Positions 19,908 to 29,614 of a stretch of DNA of 64,000 nucleotides are shown here, piece after piece (position 1 is the stretch's first letter; every line of letters starts with the position of its first letter). Origin of the DNA: an uncultured bacterium. Lineage in GTDB: Bacteria > Chloroflexota > Dehalococcoidia > Lucifugimonadales > UBA3495. The notes beneath the pieces are model-generated. The model had not been told where the DNA came from, did not search any database, and saw nothing but the letters and a program-made list of their open reading frames with translations. The stretch is taken from the NCBI GenBank assembly GCA_963997925.1, contig CAXEOX010000004.1:1097-65096 (forward strand). The letters run 5' to 3'. Position numbers and translations under genes: made by a program.

Positions 19908-19945
19908 ATCCCCTAGCCACCCTTTTGAAAAAGGGAAGAGGGGAT
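19908..19945. repeat. Nested G/C-tract hairpin (outer ATCCCCT/AGGGGAT, inner CCCTTTT-G-AAAAGGG)
   Basis: Read directly from the sequence. It lies in the gap upstream of the 18948-19838 gene (start at 19838) and downstream of the 20054-20794 gene; both are on the minus strand. Confidence 0.6.
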
Positions 19946-20053
19946 TCATTCTTTGCAATTCAACCTTAACAGCATCTTAACCACATTCTTAGATTATGTA
20001 TAACTCCTAGGATTTTGTATAGGCCGTCCAATCAGTCTTAGTGGAATCCGCTC

Positions 20054-20794
20054 CTAGAACAGTCCATCCACGAAACCGATCTGATACATCAAGAACCCGC
20101 CAAACAGGATGCTTAACGACCCCACGGCGAACTGAATCGTGCGGTTAAGGTTGGGCAAGCGGCCTGCGGACATCACGAAGGGAAGGCCGATAATCACAGT
20201 CATGATTCCCATGCTGAGCACGGAACCCAAGCCGAACAGCAGGATGTATGCCAGACCCGCGATCGGCGACTCGATGGAAGCTAACACCAGCAACGTTAAA
20301 GCTGCGCTCCCAGCCACCCCATGAACCAAGCCAATCACGTAGGATTTTCTCCTCAGGAAGGGCTTTCCTATCCCGTGGGTGTTGTGGTGCTCCGGCACAT
20401 GTTCGGGGCTCTTCGAATGGGAATGGAAGTGGTGATGGGCTTCTTCTTCATGCCCATGAGCGTGCTGGTGCACTTTCTTCTTCCGGAAGCTGTATATCAC
20501 CTGGATCCCCAAGCCTACCAGCATGACCCCAACGGCGAACTCAAACAACAGCGCCATCCGCTCCGGTATCGTCAACCGCAGGGCGATTATGACTATACCG
20601 ATAATCAATAGCGTGGTGGTGTGTCCCAAACCCCAGGAGATACCCACCCAGAATGACCGTAGCGGGTTCTTATATTCGCTGACGATGGTCGACACCGCAA
20701 CCACGTGGTCTGGGTCCAGTGAGTGCTTGGACCCTAAGAGTATTCCCAGCACCAAAGCAGCTAGCAAACCCAGTTCTGCTAGTTGTTCCTCCAT
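20054..20794 (-). CDS. NicO/RcnA-like metal (Ni/Co?) transporter with a His-rich loop
   Basis: Six hydrophobic segments. HSLDPDH lies in TM1 and a GLVHGVAGS repeat motif in the second half. The central loop is HQHAHGHEEEAHHHFHSHSKSPEHVPEHHNTH. It is co-directional with a Fur-family gene immediately upstream. Confidence 0.55.
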   Translation of the reverse strand: MEEQLAELGLLAALVLGILLGSKHSLDPDHVVAVSTIVSEYKNPLRSFWVGISWGLGHTTTLLIIGIVIIALRLTIPERMALLFEFAVGVMLVGLGIQVIYSFRKKKVHQHAHGHEEEAHHHFHSHSKSPEHVPEHHNTHGIGKPFLRRKSYVIGLVHGVAGSAALTLLVLASIESPIAGLAYILLFGLGSVLSMGIMTVIIGLPFVMSAGRLPNLNRTIQFAVGSLSILFGGFLMYQIGFVDGLF

Positions 20795-20826
20795 GATTTC
20801 TCCTCGTTATTGGGGGCTGATCGACA

Positions 20827-21273
20827 TCAGTGCTGGTGGACTCCGGGATTCTCGGACCGGCACTCGGAGCAAGTGCCCGTTATGGCAAAATGCTCCAGAT
20901 CAGGCTCAAAATCGAACTCTTCCAACAGAGTATCCCTGAATTCATCCAGGTAGGTTGGGCTGAGATTGTAGGCACCGTTGCAGACGCGGCAAACCATATG
21001 ATGATGGGGTCCGCTGGGGTCGACCAACTCGTAGTGCAACCGGTCGCCGATGGCCACCTCGGTTACCACTCCCAAGTCTTTGAACAAGTGAAGCGTGCGG
21101 TAGACCGTGGCGATGTCCATATATGGATAGGCTTCTTTGGCTCGACGAAAGACCTCGTCCACGCCCATGTGGCCGCCCCCATCAGCTACGATGGAGAGGA
21201 CCAATATCCGCTGTGGAGTGAGGCGGTGGCCCTTCTCCCGAAGAGCATCAATCGCTTGTTGACGCTGCACCAT
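20827..21273 (-). CDS. Fur-family transcriptional regulator
   Basis: 148 aa with RLTPQR..VL, ATVYRTLHLF, HHHMVCRVC...CSEC. Confidence 0.85.
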   Translation of the reverse strand: MVQRQQAIDALREKGHRLTPQRILVLSIVADGGGHMGVDEVFRRAKEAYPYMDIATVYRTLHLFKDLGVVTEVAIGDRLHYELVDPSGPHHHMVCRVCNGAYNLSPTYLDEFRDTLLEEFDFEPDLEHFAITGTCSECRSENPGVHQH

Positions 21274-21298
21274 ATCACTTCAGCCAATAAAGGTTATT

Positions 21299-21310
21299 GC
21301 AAACGTTTGC
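21299..21310. promoter_or_regulatory. Perfect 12-bp palindrome GCAAACGTTTGC; candidate operator
   Basis: It lies 26 nt upstream of the Fur-family start codon in the 134-bp gap between the Fur-family gene start (21273) and the 3' end of the co-directional MFS gene (21408). Confidence 0.3.
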
Positions 21311-21407
21311 GTTTACGTATTCTATCAAACTGCGACAGGTTGTCAACACAAATATTGACCAATCTCACGACTGGGAGAGGGTAGTTCCGGGGTTTAGATG
21401 GAGGGAG

Positions 21408-22676
21408 TTAGACTTTAACGGCGGAAATCATGGCGGCGGCCAGAACACGGGCTCCCGCCATGGTCAGGAAGACGATGGGCCATGGGCTGCCGGTCATGTC
21501 CAACACCACGCTGAAAACGATGGCTTGAAGCCCAGCGTAGGCGTAGCCGTGGGCGTCCAGAAGGCCGGAAGAGGTACCCGACATACGCCTTCCAGCGATA
21601 TCGATCGCTATCGTGGACATGGGAGAGATTCCCATGGCGATACCGCCGATCAATAACAGCACCGCTCCCAAAGCGATGTTGGTCGGCGGGACCAAGGCGA
21701 TGGCGACAAGAACCACGGCACTGATTCCGCACGATATCAGCACCATCGGCCTTCGTGAGCTATGAAGCAGTCGATCGGAGATGAATCCAGACAAAGGCGG
21801 AGCGACCAAGTAGCCGACCGGCAGCAAGACAGTGACAAGGATGGTGGACTCGATGGAAAGTCCGCCCTTAGTGAAGTAATAGATGGGCACCCAGGTGGTG
21901 AGACCGTACCGCACCACGTTCTCCAAGCCTTTCACGTGGCTGGCCAGTTGGAACCTAGGATTACCCAGGAGTTCTTTGTAGGGACCTAGCCCTTTGAGGC
22001 GCTCCGGCGCGATCGCTTCCGGCGCGGCCGATACCTCGTCATCTTCCACGTATTCGGGAAGGCCGACATCGGTGGGCCGGTCCCTGGCCAGCAGGAAAAA
22101 GGCAACACCCATCAGGGTGATTATCAAAGGCGGGTAGCGAAAGGCGGCTCGCCAACCGAACTCCGCGCCGACAAACCCGGAAACCCACCACATCAGCAAC
22201 ATCGCGCCACCGGTGAACGTGCCGAGAATCCCCATCGCGACCCCGCGATCGCGCCGTGGCCACCACTGGGATAGCATGCTGATGCCGGGACTCCAGCAAG
22301 CGGCGTTGACGAAGCCGGCTATCCCCCAAGGTATAGCGATGCTCATCGCTGAGCCGCCGTAGCTGGTCACCCAGTTGAACACGGTGGTCAGGACCGCACC
22401 GCCCAAGACCCACAACCGCAAGCCATAGGCTTCCGCCAGCCGTCCGTGCACCAAGTCACCCAAGCCAAAGCCCCACAGGAGAAGGGCGTTGATCAGGCCA
22501 ATCTCCAAGTGGGTCAGCACTAAATCTTCCTGAACCAGAGGCGCTATCGGCCAGAAATTGAATCGCCCTAGATAAAGAAACAGGTAGAAACCACAGAAGG
22601 AGAGCAGGACCCGCCATTTCCAACGATGGTACCTGGGAGGAAGCTCTGAATAGGGCAACGCCCGCACGTCACTCAT
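21408..22676 (-). CDS. MFS transporter, organophosphate:Pi antiporter (GlpT/UhpC)-like
   Basis: 422 aa with 12 hydrophobic segments. The N-terminus RYHRWKWRVLLSFCGFYLFLYLGRFNF resembles the GlpT/UhpC N-terminus. Confidence 0.6.
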   Translation of the reverse strand: MSDVRALPYSELPPRYHRWKWRVLLSFCGFYLFLYLGRFNFWPIAPLVQEDLVLTHLEIGLINALLLWGFGLGDLVHGRLAEAYGLRLWVLGGAVLTTVFNWVTSYGGSAMSIAIPWGIAGFVNAACWSPGISMLSQWWPRRDRGVAMGILGTFTGGAMLLMWWVSGFVGAEFGWRAAFRYPPLIITLMGVAFFLLARDRPTDVGLPEYVEDDEVSAAPEAIAPERLKGLGPYKELLGNPRFQLASHVKGLENVVRYGLTTWVPIYYFTKGGLSIESTILVTVLLPVGYLVAPPLSGFISDRLLHSSRRPMVLISCGISAVVLVAIALVPPTNIALGAVLLLIGGIAMGISPMSTIAIDIAGRRMSGTSSGLLDAHGYAYAGLQAIVFSVVLDMTGSPWPIVFLTMAGARVLAAAMISAVKV

Positions 22677-22805
22677 CCGTCCCAGCCCCGCGCTATCTCA
22701 CAAGTAGTGTCGTGCCAAATCATCGTGGGTCGTTCACACATCCTGGGGAGTACAACTGCTATGGATGCCTACAATCAGATGGAACAAGGAGATGTTTCCA
22801 CCAAT

Positions 22806-23471
22806 TCACGCCAGGGTAGCACGATTATCACCCTTGACCAACCGGACCACTTCGTCCAGGGACTGGGATATATCGCTTGACGAATCCACATTCAGATGAC
22901 TGCGGGCGAAGACCTCTTCGTGGGGGTGCATCCTGCTGTAGATCAGCCAACCGGCGTCGGAATAGTCGCTGGGATGCATCCCGGCCCCCCGGTCCGATAA
23001 ACGTTGCCGGACGACCTCTTGTGGCGCAGTGAGACGCACTAGGACCAATGGGACCGATACCCGCTGGGCAATATCGTAGAGAGGTTGTCTAAAATCCTCG
23101 GTGAGATTAGTGGCGTCTAGCAGCACCAGCCGGTCTTGAATCAAGTACTCTTCGATCAGTAGATGGCAGGCGGCGAAGAGACGATGGCTTTCTCCCCGGG
23201 TGTATCTGGGATTGGGCGCAAGCACCTTCCGCAGACGGTCGCTCTCCAGAACCAGCAACGGCAACCGCTTCCTTAGCTCGTTGGCGAAGTGAGACTTCCC
23301 AGTTCCCGGCAGGCCGGACAATACGATGAGACATGGTTGGTCCGACGGCCCGGGCTGAGTTTGGTCGAAGTCTCGCGACAGGGCGTTCCTTAAAGGTACG
23401 GCAGTTTCCAGAGCAAGTGTGCTGGGGATGCCCCCGAATGGTTGGGACCGGCTAGAACTATCACTGCTCAA
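22806..23471 (-). CDS. P-loop kinase-like protein (AAA_33/zeta-toxin-like fold)
   Basis: Walker A GLPGTGKSHF and a Walker B-like VLLDATN. The TTG start overlaps the DegV stop (TTGA). Confidence 0.55.
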   Translation of the reverse strand: MSSDSSSRSQPFGGIPSTLALETAVPLRNALSRDFDQTQPGPSDQPCLIVLSGLPGTGKSHFANELRKRLPLLVLESDRLRKVLAPNPRYTRGESHRLFAACHLLIEEYLIQDRLVLLDATNLTEDFRQPLYDIAQRVSVPLVLVRLTAPQEVVRQRLSDRGAGMHPSDYSDAGWLIYSRMHPHEEVFARSHLNVDSSSDISQSLDEVVRLVKGDNRATLA

Positions 23472-24481
23472 AGCTCAGATACCTGATCCGCTTCCATAGT
23501 TGAAAGCTGATCATCGCACGTATAGAAGGCGGCTCCCAACAGGCCGGGGCCGGTGTGGGCGCCCATGACTGGGGTGAACTGGCTGATGAACAACTCCCGG
23601 CAGTCCATCGCATCTCGAATCAGGCGCTCCAGCACCAGAGCATCCTCTGCTGCGCCAGCTTCCATTATGTTAACCACCACCGGCATCCCACTGGTCCGCT
23701 CCTGCGTAATAGCAACCAACCGGTCGATCGCCCGGCGGCGGCTCCTTGGCCGCTCCAGCAACCGAGCTTGGCCGCCTTGCAACTCGGTCAAGGGCCTTAC
23801 GCCCAGGAGAGATCCGGTCCAAGCCTTGATCTTGCTCACTCGGCCACTGCGGTTCAGATAGTCAAAACTTTCCAGGAAGGCCAGCATATTCACTCTGGGA
23901 ATCAACCGGTCGACCCGACCGGACACTTGGTCCAAATCACAGCCTTCAGCCGCCCAACGGGCCGCCGCCAGCGCAATGAGTCCCAACGCCCCCGCCGCAG
24001 CCTGACTATCCACAACCTTGACCCGGCAATGAGCCAGATCGTCGCCAGCCGTCTCCATCGCAGCCTGGGCTGAGCGATTCGCCACGCTGAAGTTCGACGC
24101 CACCGTGATGCATAAGATGTTCCCGGCAAACTCGCTGGCGGCCTGCAGTCCGTCGAGAAACTCCTGAGGTTGGGGGGCGGTGGTTGTGGGCACGACCCTG
24201 TCTTCACGCAGAATCTTGTAGAAGTCACTAGTAGTTATATCGACCCCGTCACGATACGACCTGTCACCGATAACGAGTTCGTGAGGAACTTGGGTGATGT
24301 GCCAACGCCGTAACAAGTCAGTAGACAAACAACAGGCACTGTCCACAACGATCGCTACGTCTGGATAACCGGCCAATGAGTCACCTTGTTGAGGTTGAGG
24401 TACACGTTCGGTGGACAAAGAATCTCTATCACTGACGGATGATTCCCAGGGTAAAATCAGGCTCCTTAAACAGGAAGCCAA
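23468..24481 (-). CDS. DegV-family (FakB-like) fatty-acid-binding protein
   Basis: VAIVVDSACCLSTDL...Y.DG.DI.T..FY...TT.AP.P..F, typical of DegV. The start is uncertain (TTG 24481, or an internal TTG near 24383). Confidence 0.7.
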   Translation of the reverse strand: MASCLRSLILPWESSVSDRDSLSTERVPQPQQGDSLAGYPDVAIVVDSACCLSTDLLRRWHITQVPHELVIGDRSYRDGVDITTSDFYKILREDRVVPTTTAPQPQEFLDGLQAASEFAGNILCITVASNFSVANRSAQAAMETAGDDLAHCRVKVVDSQAAAGALGLIALAAARWAAEGCDLDQVSGRVDRLIPRVNMLAFLESFDYLNRSGRVSKIKAWTGSLLGVRPLTELQGGQARLLERPRSRRRAIDRLVAITQERTSGMPVVVNIMEAGAAEDALVLERLIRDAMDCRELFISQFTPVMGAHTGPGLLGAAFYTCDDQLSTMEADQVSEL

Positions 24482-24533
24482 AGGGGAGCGCGGCCGCTTA
24501 TAGAGTGTCGCGAATCAACCTGAGCCGTATTGG

Positions 24534-24788
24534 CTAGACTCCCAGTTTGCCTCGAATCACAGCCAGCACCAAGATGACCACGAAAGGACTAAAGTCCAGT
24601 CTATTGAAGGTTGTGTAACGACGGATGGGGGCGAAAACCGGCTCGGTGATTTGGTTGATTATTAGGTTAAATTGGAGCAACAGCGGATGGGGATTTCGGC
24701 CCGCTAGCGGCACTATAAATGAGAGAACCACCTTGGCAATCACTACCATATATATCAGATTGAAGATCCAATGTAGTAGTTCAAGCAT
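24534..24788 (-). CDS. YggT-family membrane protein
   Basis: 84 aa with two TM segments and the ...I.PIRR....RLDFSP... motif. Confidence 0.7.
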   Translation of the reverse strand: MLELLHWIFNLIYMVVIAKVVLSFIVPLAGRNPHPLLLQFNLIINQITEPVFAPIRRYTTFNRLDFSPFVVILVLAVIRGKLGV

Positions 24789-24800
24789 TATTCGTCCTAT

Positions 24801-25613
24801 CTACCCCTGGCCTAGCTTTATCGATTTCTGGAACGCAGCGTTCACGGCATCGACGATAGCCGCCGGAAGGCCCGCCCGTTCCAGAACTTGCAGACCCTCG
24901 GCGGTCGTGCCGCCAGGAGAAACTACCATATCCTTCAGATCGGACGGATGGCGTCCCGTGTCCATCACCAATTGGGTGCTGCCGTACACGGTCTGTAGCG
25001 CCATGGTCCGGGCCATGTCCCGGGGCAGCCCAACGTAAACCCCAGCATCTATCAGCGCTTCGATAATCAGGAACACATAGGCGGGACCGCTGCCGCTTAA
25101 GGCCGTGGCCATGTCCATGTATTTCTCGTCGTCAACATATATTTCTTTGCCTACGGTTGACATGATTGACCGGGTAAATTCCCGCTGCTGGTCGCTCACT
25201 TGGCGAGAGCAGGTCCACATGCTCATGCCCTGGCCGATCTGGGCCGGGGTGTTGGGCATCACCCGAATGATGGACTCATGGCTGAATCCCTTGGCGAGGG
25301 TCTCCATCTTGGCTCCAGCGATAATCGATAGGACTGCCTGATCCGGCTTGAGACGCTCACCCAGTTCTTGGAAGAGCACCGGCAAGTCCTGGGGTTTGAT
25401 GGCCAGAATCATCAGGTCGGCGTCTTTCGCCGCCTCCAGGTTACCCTGGTGAGTCTGTATGCCAAATTCGCTGGAGAGGAACTCCCGCCGTTCCGGCCGG
25501 GGTTCGCCGATGGCTACATCGGCTGGAGCGGCAACATTGGCGTCCAACACACCGCGAAGGATGGCCTCCGCCATGGTGCCTCCGCCGATAAACGCTAGCT
25601 TCATCGCTTGCAC
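24801..25613 (-). CDS. proC: Pyrroline-5-carboxylate reductase
   Basis: 270 aa with FIGGGTMAEA, RVMPNTPA and SPGGTT. Confidence 0.9.
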   Translation of the reverse strand: MQAMKLAFIGGGTMAEAILRGVLDANVAAPADVAIGEPRPERREFLSSEFGIQTHQGNLEAAKDADLMILAIKPQDLPVLFQELGERLKPDQAVLSIIAGAKMETLAKGFSHESIIRVMPNTPAQIGQGMSMWTCSRQVSDQQREFTRSIMSTVGKEIYVDDEKYMDMATALSGSGPAYVFLIIEALIDAGVYVGLPRDMARTMALQTVYGSTQLVMDTGRHPSDLKDMVVSPGGTTAEGLQVLERAGLPAAIVDAVNAAFQKSIKLGQG

Positions 25614-25712
25614 ATCTCTATCAAAGGATAATCAGAGCCTGGGACTTGGGCCATTATAGCACCGTGGCTACGAACGGCATCCTCAACCGCCGCAAGATTC
25701 TGGAAAAGCGGC

Positions 25713-26729
25713 TCAGAAATCAGCCAGACCGTTGCCCTTGGCCAAGCCGACCGCCAGCCGGATGGACTCCAGCATGCTGAATGCATCGGCGATGCCCTTG
25801 CCGGCGATATCGAAAGCGGTACCGTGGTCCACTGAAGTACGAACGAAGGGCAAACCCAGATTGGCGGTGATGCTTTCCTCGAATCCGTAAACCTTAACCG
25901 GTATGTGCCCCTGGTCGTGGAACATGCACAACACCGCGTCATACCTACCCTGGATAGCTTGATGGAAGATAATATCGGCAGGCACCGGGCCGGTAACGTC
26001 GATACCTCGTTGGCGGGCGGCTTCCACCGCCGGAGCAATCTCCTCGGCTTCCTCGCTGCCCAACAAACCGCCGTCACTGTTGTGGGGATTAAGGGCCGCC
26101 GCACCGATCCTAGGGTTCTTGAACCCCCATGTGACGAAGTTGTCGTGGGTCAGTTGCAGAAATTCCAGGATACGGTCTTTCTTAACGTAGTCGCATGCCA
26201 GCCGCAAAGACCGGTGGGTTGTGAGGTGGACAACGCGAAGGTTCTTCGCTAGAAGCATGGTTGCCACTGTTTTAACGCCGGCCAGCTCCTGCAGAAGCTC
26301 TGAGTGTCCGATGGACTCGTATCCGGCCAAGCTGGCAGCTTCTTTATTCAACGGCGCCGTTGCCATACCGTCCACGACACCCGCCAACGCCAACTCCCCG
26401 GCCTTGGTCACCCACTCCATGGCTGCTTTACCGCAAGTGGGGCTAATCTCACCCACCGTGATGTCTTCGGGGTTGAGGTTGTTGATGTCCAGAACGTCGA
26501 CCATCCCGGGATCCTGCCCCGCAGCCGCCGGGTCATCGGGTGCATTGATACGGAGGGGTATTCCGGTCAGCTCCACCGCCCGCTGCATGGCATATATATT
26601 ACCCACGACCAGAGGCCGACAGGTAGCGTATACCGATGGGTCGGCCAAGGCTTTGACCACCACCTCAGGGCCGATACCGCAAGGGTCTCCCATGGTGATG
26701 GCAATTGCGGGTTTTTCACTGACAGGCAT
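25713..26729 (-). CDS. pdxA: 4-hydroxythreonine-4-phosphate dehydrogenase
   Basis: ATG 26729 (MPVSEKPAIAITMGDPCGIGPEV) is preceded by GGAG. It also contains HGTAFDIAGKG. The ORF track extends to 26996, but that extension has no family similarity. Confidence 0.85.
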   Translation of the reverse strand: MPVSEKPAIAITMGDPCGIGPEVVVKALADPSVYATCRPLVVGNIYAMQRAVELTGIPLRINAPDDPAAAGQDPGMVDVLDINNLNPEDITVGEISPTCGKAAMEWVTKAGELALAGVVDGMATAPLNKEAASLAGYESIGHSELLQELAGVKTVATMLLAKNLRVVHLTTHRSLRLACDYVKKDRILEFLQLTHDNFVTWGFKNPRIGAAALNPHNSDGGLLGSEEAEEIAPAVEAARQRGIDVTGPVPADIIFHQAIQGRYDAVLCMFHDQGHIPVKVYGFEESITANLGLPFVRTSVDHGTAFDIAGKGIADAFSMLESIRLAVGLAKGNGLADF

Positions 26730-26936
26730 AATTACGTCTCCTGAACACTGGACATTTACGACGGTAATCTGTTTGAATGGATTATCGGAAATGGAGAACC
26801 GATGGCCTGTCGAGATTATAGCACCAGCGATGAGCTCCTCAGACCACCCGAACCGGGGTCCAAGGAGCGAAGCTCCGAAGCCCAGACGTCTATAATTTGA
26901 ATACAGCCGGTCCGGAAGCGGCGATTTTCGACCGGG

Positions 26937-26969
26937 AAAAAGAAGCCCCCGGGGCCAACCGGGGGCTTC
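26937..26969 (-). terminator. Strong intrinsic terminator (minus strand) about 215 nt downstream of nrdJ
   Basis: The 11-bp stem GAAGCCCCCGG/CCGGGGGCTTC is followed on the minus strand by TTTTT. Confidence 0.7.
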
Positions 26970-27184
26970 AGGGAGGAGGGCAGGCAGGTGCATCACATTG
27001 TCACCTACGAGGCTTAGCCACCTGTACCGTTGGGCGACCCCAACACTTCACCACCCGCACCTGCCTGTTGCCTCCAAACATACTGAATCAGGCGTCCGGC
27101 CTCCGGGCCGGTCGGCTAGGTTCTCCAGATCCCGATATTTCCTTAGTCCGAGTTTCACTTTATCGGTGTCCTCACTCGGCTTTC

Positions 27185-29614
27185 TTATTCACACTTGTTC
27201 CAACCGCAGGAAACGCACATCAAGCACCCTTCCTGATAGATGACCGGCGTGTTGCAGTCGGGGCATTTCCGGGCTGGCTGATAGGAATGTCCGTTGGAAC
27301 CGTTTCCATTCCCGTAGGCTCCTTCCCCTAGCAACTTTATCTGCACGCCATTTGAACCAGACTGGATGGGCAAGGCCGCCGCCTCTCCCGTCTGCCGTTC
27401 CATCGCCAAGGCGACGGCGTCGGGACCTGATCGCACCAGGGTGCCTTCGTCCCAGGCCGGACAGCAGGTGATGCCCCGCAATTGCTCTATCACTATCTTG
27501 GGGTCGAGACCCGAGCGTAATGCCAGGGAAACCAACCGGGAGATGGCCTCAAGTTGAGCCGAATCACAGCCCCCAGCTTTGCCCAGGTTGCCGAACACTT
27601 CGAAGGGAGTCCCCTCTTCATCGAAGTTTATGGTCACGTACATGTTGCCGTGGCCGGTGCGCACCCGCTCGGTTACGCCCCGGATGGACTGGGGCCGGCG
27701 TCGCGGCGTCTGGAAGCCGGATTGGCCCGCTCCCAACAATTCGGCCAACTCAGTACCGGAATCCGAAGCTTCCTGTTTGCCGGTTCCACCGGTGCTGAGC
27801 ACCTGTCCGGACTTGCTGCCATCCCGATAGACCGTGATTCCCTTGCATCCCAACTCATAAGCCATGGTGTAGGCGTTGGCAACGTCACCCAAAGTGGCGT
27901 CATGCGGGAAGTTGATGGTCTTGGAAACGGAATTATCCGTGTGTCTTTGGAATGCAGCCTGCATCCGGACATGCCATTCCGGGTTGATGTCGTGGGAGGT
28001 CCGGAAAACCTCTTTGACCCACTCGGGCACATCCAAAGTCTCCAGGCTGCCCGTCTCAGCCAACTGCTCCATCAACTCTTCGGTATAGAACCCCTCACGC
28101 CGGGCCACTGCCTCGAAGTAGGGATTCACTTCCACCAGCCGGGTATTGTCCATCACGTTGCGGACGTAGCTGAGTGCAAAGAGTGGCTCGATGCCGCTGG
28201 ATGCCCCGGCTATGATGCTGATGGTACCGGTAGGAGCAATAGTAGTAGGGGCCGAGTTGCGCATAGGCCGCGCTTCTCCGAAGGGCCCCTCAGTGCTATA
28301 GGCGCTGCCTTCCCAAGCCGGGAAGGTGCCCCGGATCTGGGACAACTCGCTGGACGCCAAGGCAGTTTCGTGGTTGACGCGGCCCATCACCTGTTCCGCC
28401 AGTTCCAGTCCTTCTTCCGAGTCGTACCGGATGCCCATCTCTATCAGTAGATCGGAGAACCCCATCACTCCCAGGCCGATGCGCCGGGTGGTCTTGCTCA
28501 TGTCCTCAATCTCTTTGATGGGGTAGTTGTTCATGTCTATGACGTTGTCTAGTAGATGGACCGTGGTCCGTACTACCTCGGCCAGCCGGTCCCAATCCAT
28601 CGTCACTTCGCCGTCCCGGTGCCGGACCATGCGGGCCAGATTCACCGAGGCCAGGTTGCAGGACTCGAAGGGCAACAAGGGTTGCTCACCGCAAGGATTG
28701 GTGCTCTCGATCCGGCCCAACTGGGGATTGGGATTGTACTTGTTTATCTCGTCCAGGAAGATAAGTCCGGGGTCTCCGGTTTTCCAGGCCATATCAACGG
28801 CCAAGTCGAAGATTTCCCTGGCGTTCTCTCGGCCCACCACGACTCCGGTACGAGGGTTAACGAGGTCGTAGTCATGACCGGCTTTCACCCGTTCCATGAA
28901 GTCCCCGGTGATTCCTATGGATATGTTGAAGTTTGTTAGGTTTTTACCGTCTTCTTTAGACCGGATGAAGGCCTTTATATCAGGGTGATCAACGTTGAGG
29001 ATGCCCATATTGGCGCCCCGGCGAGTACCGCCCTGCTTGACCACGTCGGTTGCGGTATCGAAGGCCCTGATGAAGCTGACCGGTCCGCTGGCGATGCCTC
29101 CGGTGGAACCAACCATGTCACCCGACGGACGCAGGCGGGTAAAGGAAAAGCCGGTCCCGCCGCCGCTCTTATGGATAAGGGCCGTTTGCTTGACCTTGTC
29201 GAAAATCGAATCCAAGGCGTCGTCTATCGGCAGCACGAAGCAAGCGGAGAGTTGCTGTAGTTCCCGGCCGGCATTCATCAACGTGGGTGAATTGGGCAGG
29301 GATTCCAAGCGCCACATCATCTCGTAGAACTCGTCTTCGGTGGCCTGACGCTGTTCTTCGGTGGCCCCGTACTTCAAGTCGGCCCGCGACAGGTTCTTCG
29401 CCACCCGGCGGAACATGCCGTTGGGGTCTTCCAGGATGTTGCCATCCCTGTCTTTGGAAAGATACCGGCGGTCCAGAACAACCTTGGCGTTTTCCGTCAG
29501 TTCCTGGATCCGTTCGTTAAACAAACGGGCGATGCCGGCATCGGCTAAAGCCAAGCCGATTACTCGCCGTCTTTCCGGGGTAGATATATCTGAACTCTCT
29601 CGAGTTGCTGTCAT
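27185..29614 (-). CDS. nrdJ: Adenosylcobalamin-dependent (class II) ribonucleotide reductase
   Basis: 809 aa with TNPCGEQPL...SCNL active-site region. The C-terminal cysteine-rich tail CPDC...CLMCVSCGWNKCE is as seen in many class II RNRs. Confidence 0.9.
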   Translation of the reverse strand: MTATRESSDISTPERRRVIGLALADAGIARLFNERIQELTENAKVVLDRRYLSKDRDGNILEDPNGMFRRVAKNLSRADLKYGATEEQRQATEDEFYEMMWRLESLPNSPTLMNAGRELQQLSACFVLPIDDALDSIFDKVKQTALIHKSGGGTGFSFTRLRPSGDMVGSTGGIASGPVSFIRAFDTATDVVKQGGTRRGANMGILNVDHPDIKAFIRSKEDGKNLTNFNISIGITGDFMERVKAGHDYDLVNPRTGVVVGRENAREIFDLAVDMAWKTGDPGLIFLDEINKYNPNPQLGRIESTNPCGEQPLLPFESCNLASVNLARMVRHRDGEVTMDWDRLAEVVRTTVHLLDNVIDMNNYPIKEIEDMSKTTRRIGLGVMGFSDLLIEMGIRYDSEEGLELAEQVMGRVNHETALASSELSQIRGTFPAWEGSAYSTEGPFGEARPMRNSAPTTIAPTGTISIIAGASSGIEPLFALSYVRNVMDNTRLVEVNPYFEAVARREGFYTEELMEQLAETGSLETLDVPEWVKEVFRTSHDINPEWHVRMQAAFQRHTDNSVSKTINFPHDATLGDVANAYTMAYELGCKGITVYRDGSKSGQVLSTGGTGKQEASDSGTELAELLGAGQSGFQTPRRRPQSIRGVTERVRTGHGNMYVTINFDEEGTPFEVFGNLGKAGGCDSAQLEAISRLVSLALRSGLDPKIVIEQLRGITCCPAWDEGTLVRSGPDAVALAMERQTGEAAALPIQSGSNGVQIKLLGEGAYGNGNGSNGHSYQPARKCPDCNTPVIYQEGCLMCVSCGWNKCE

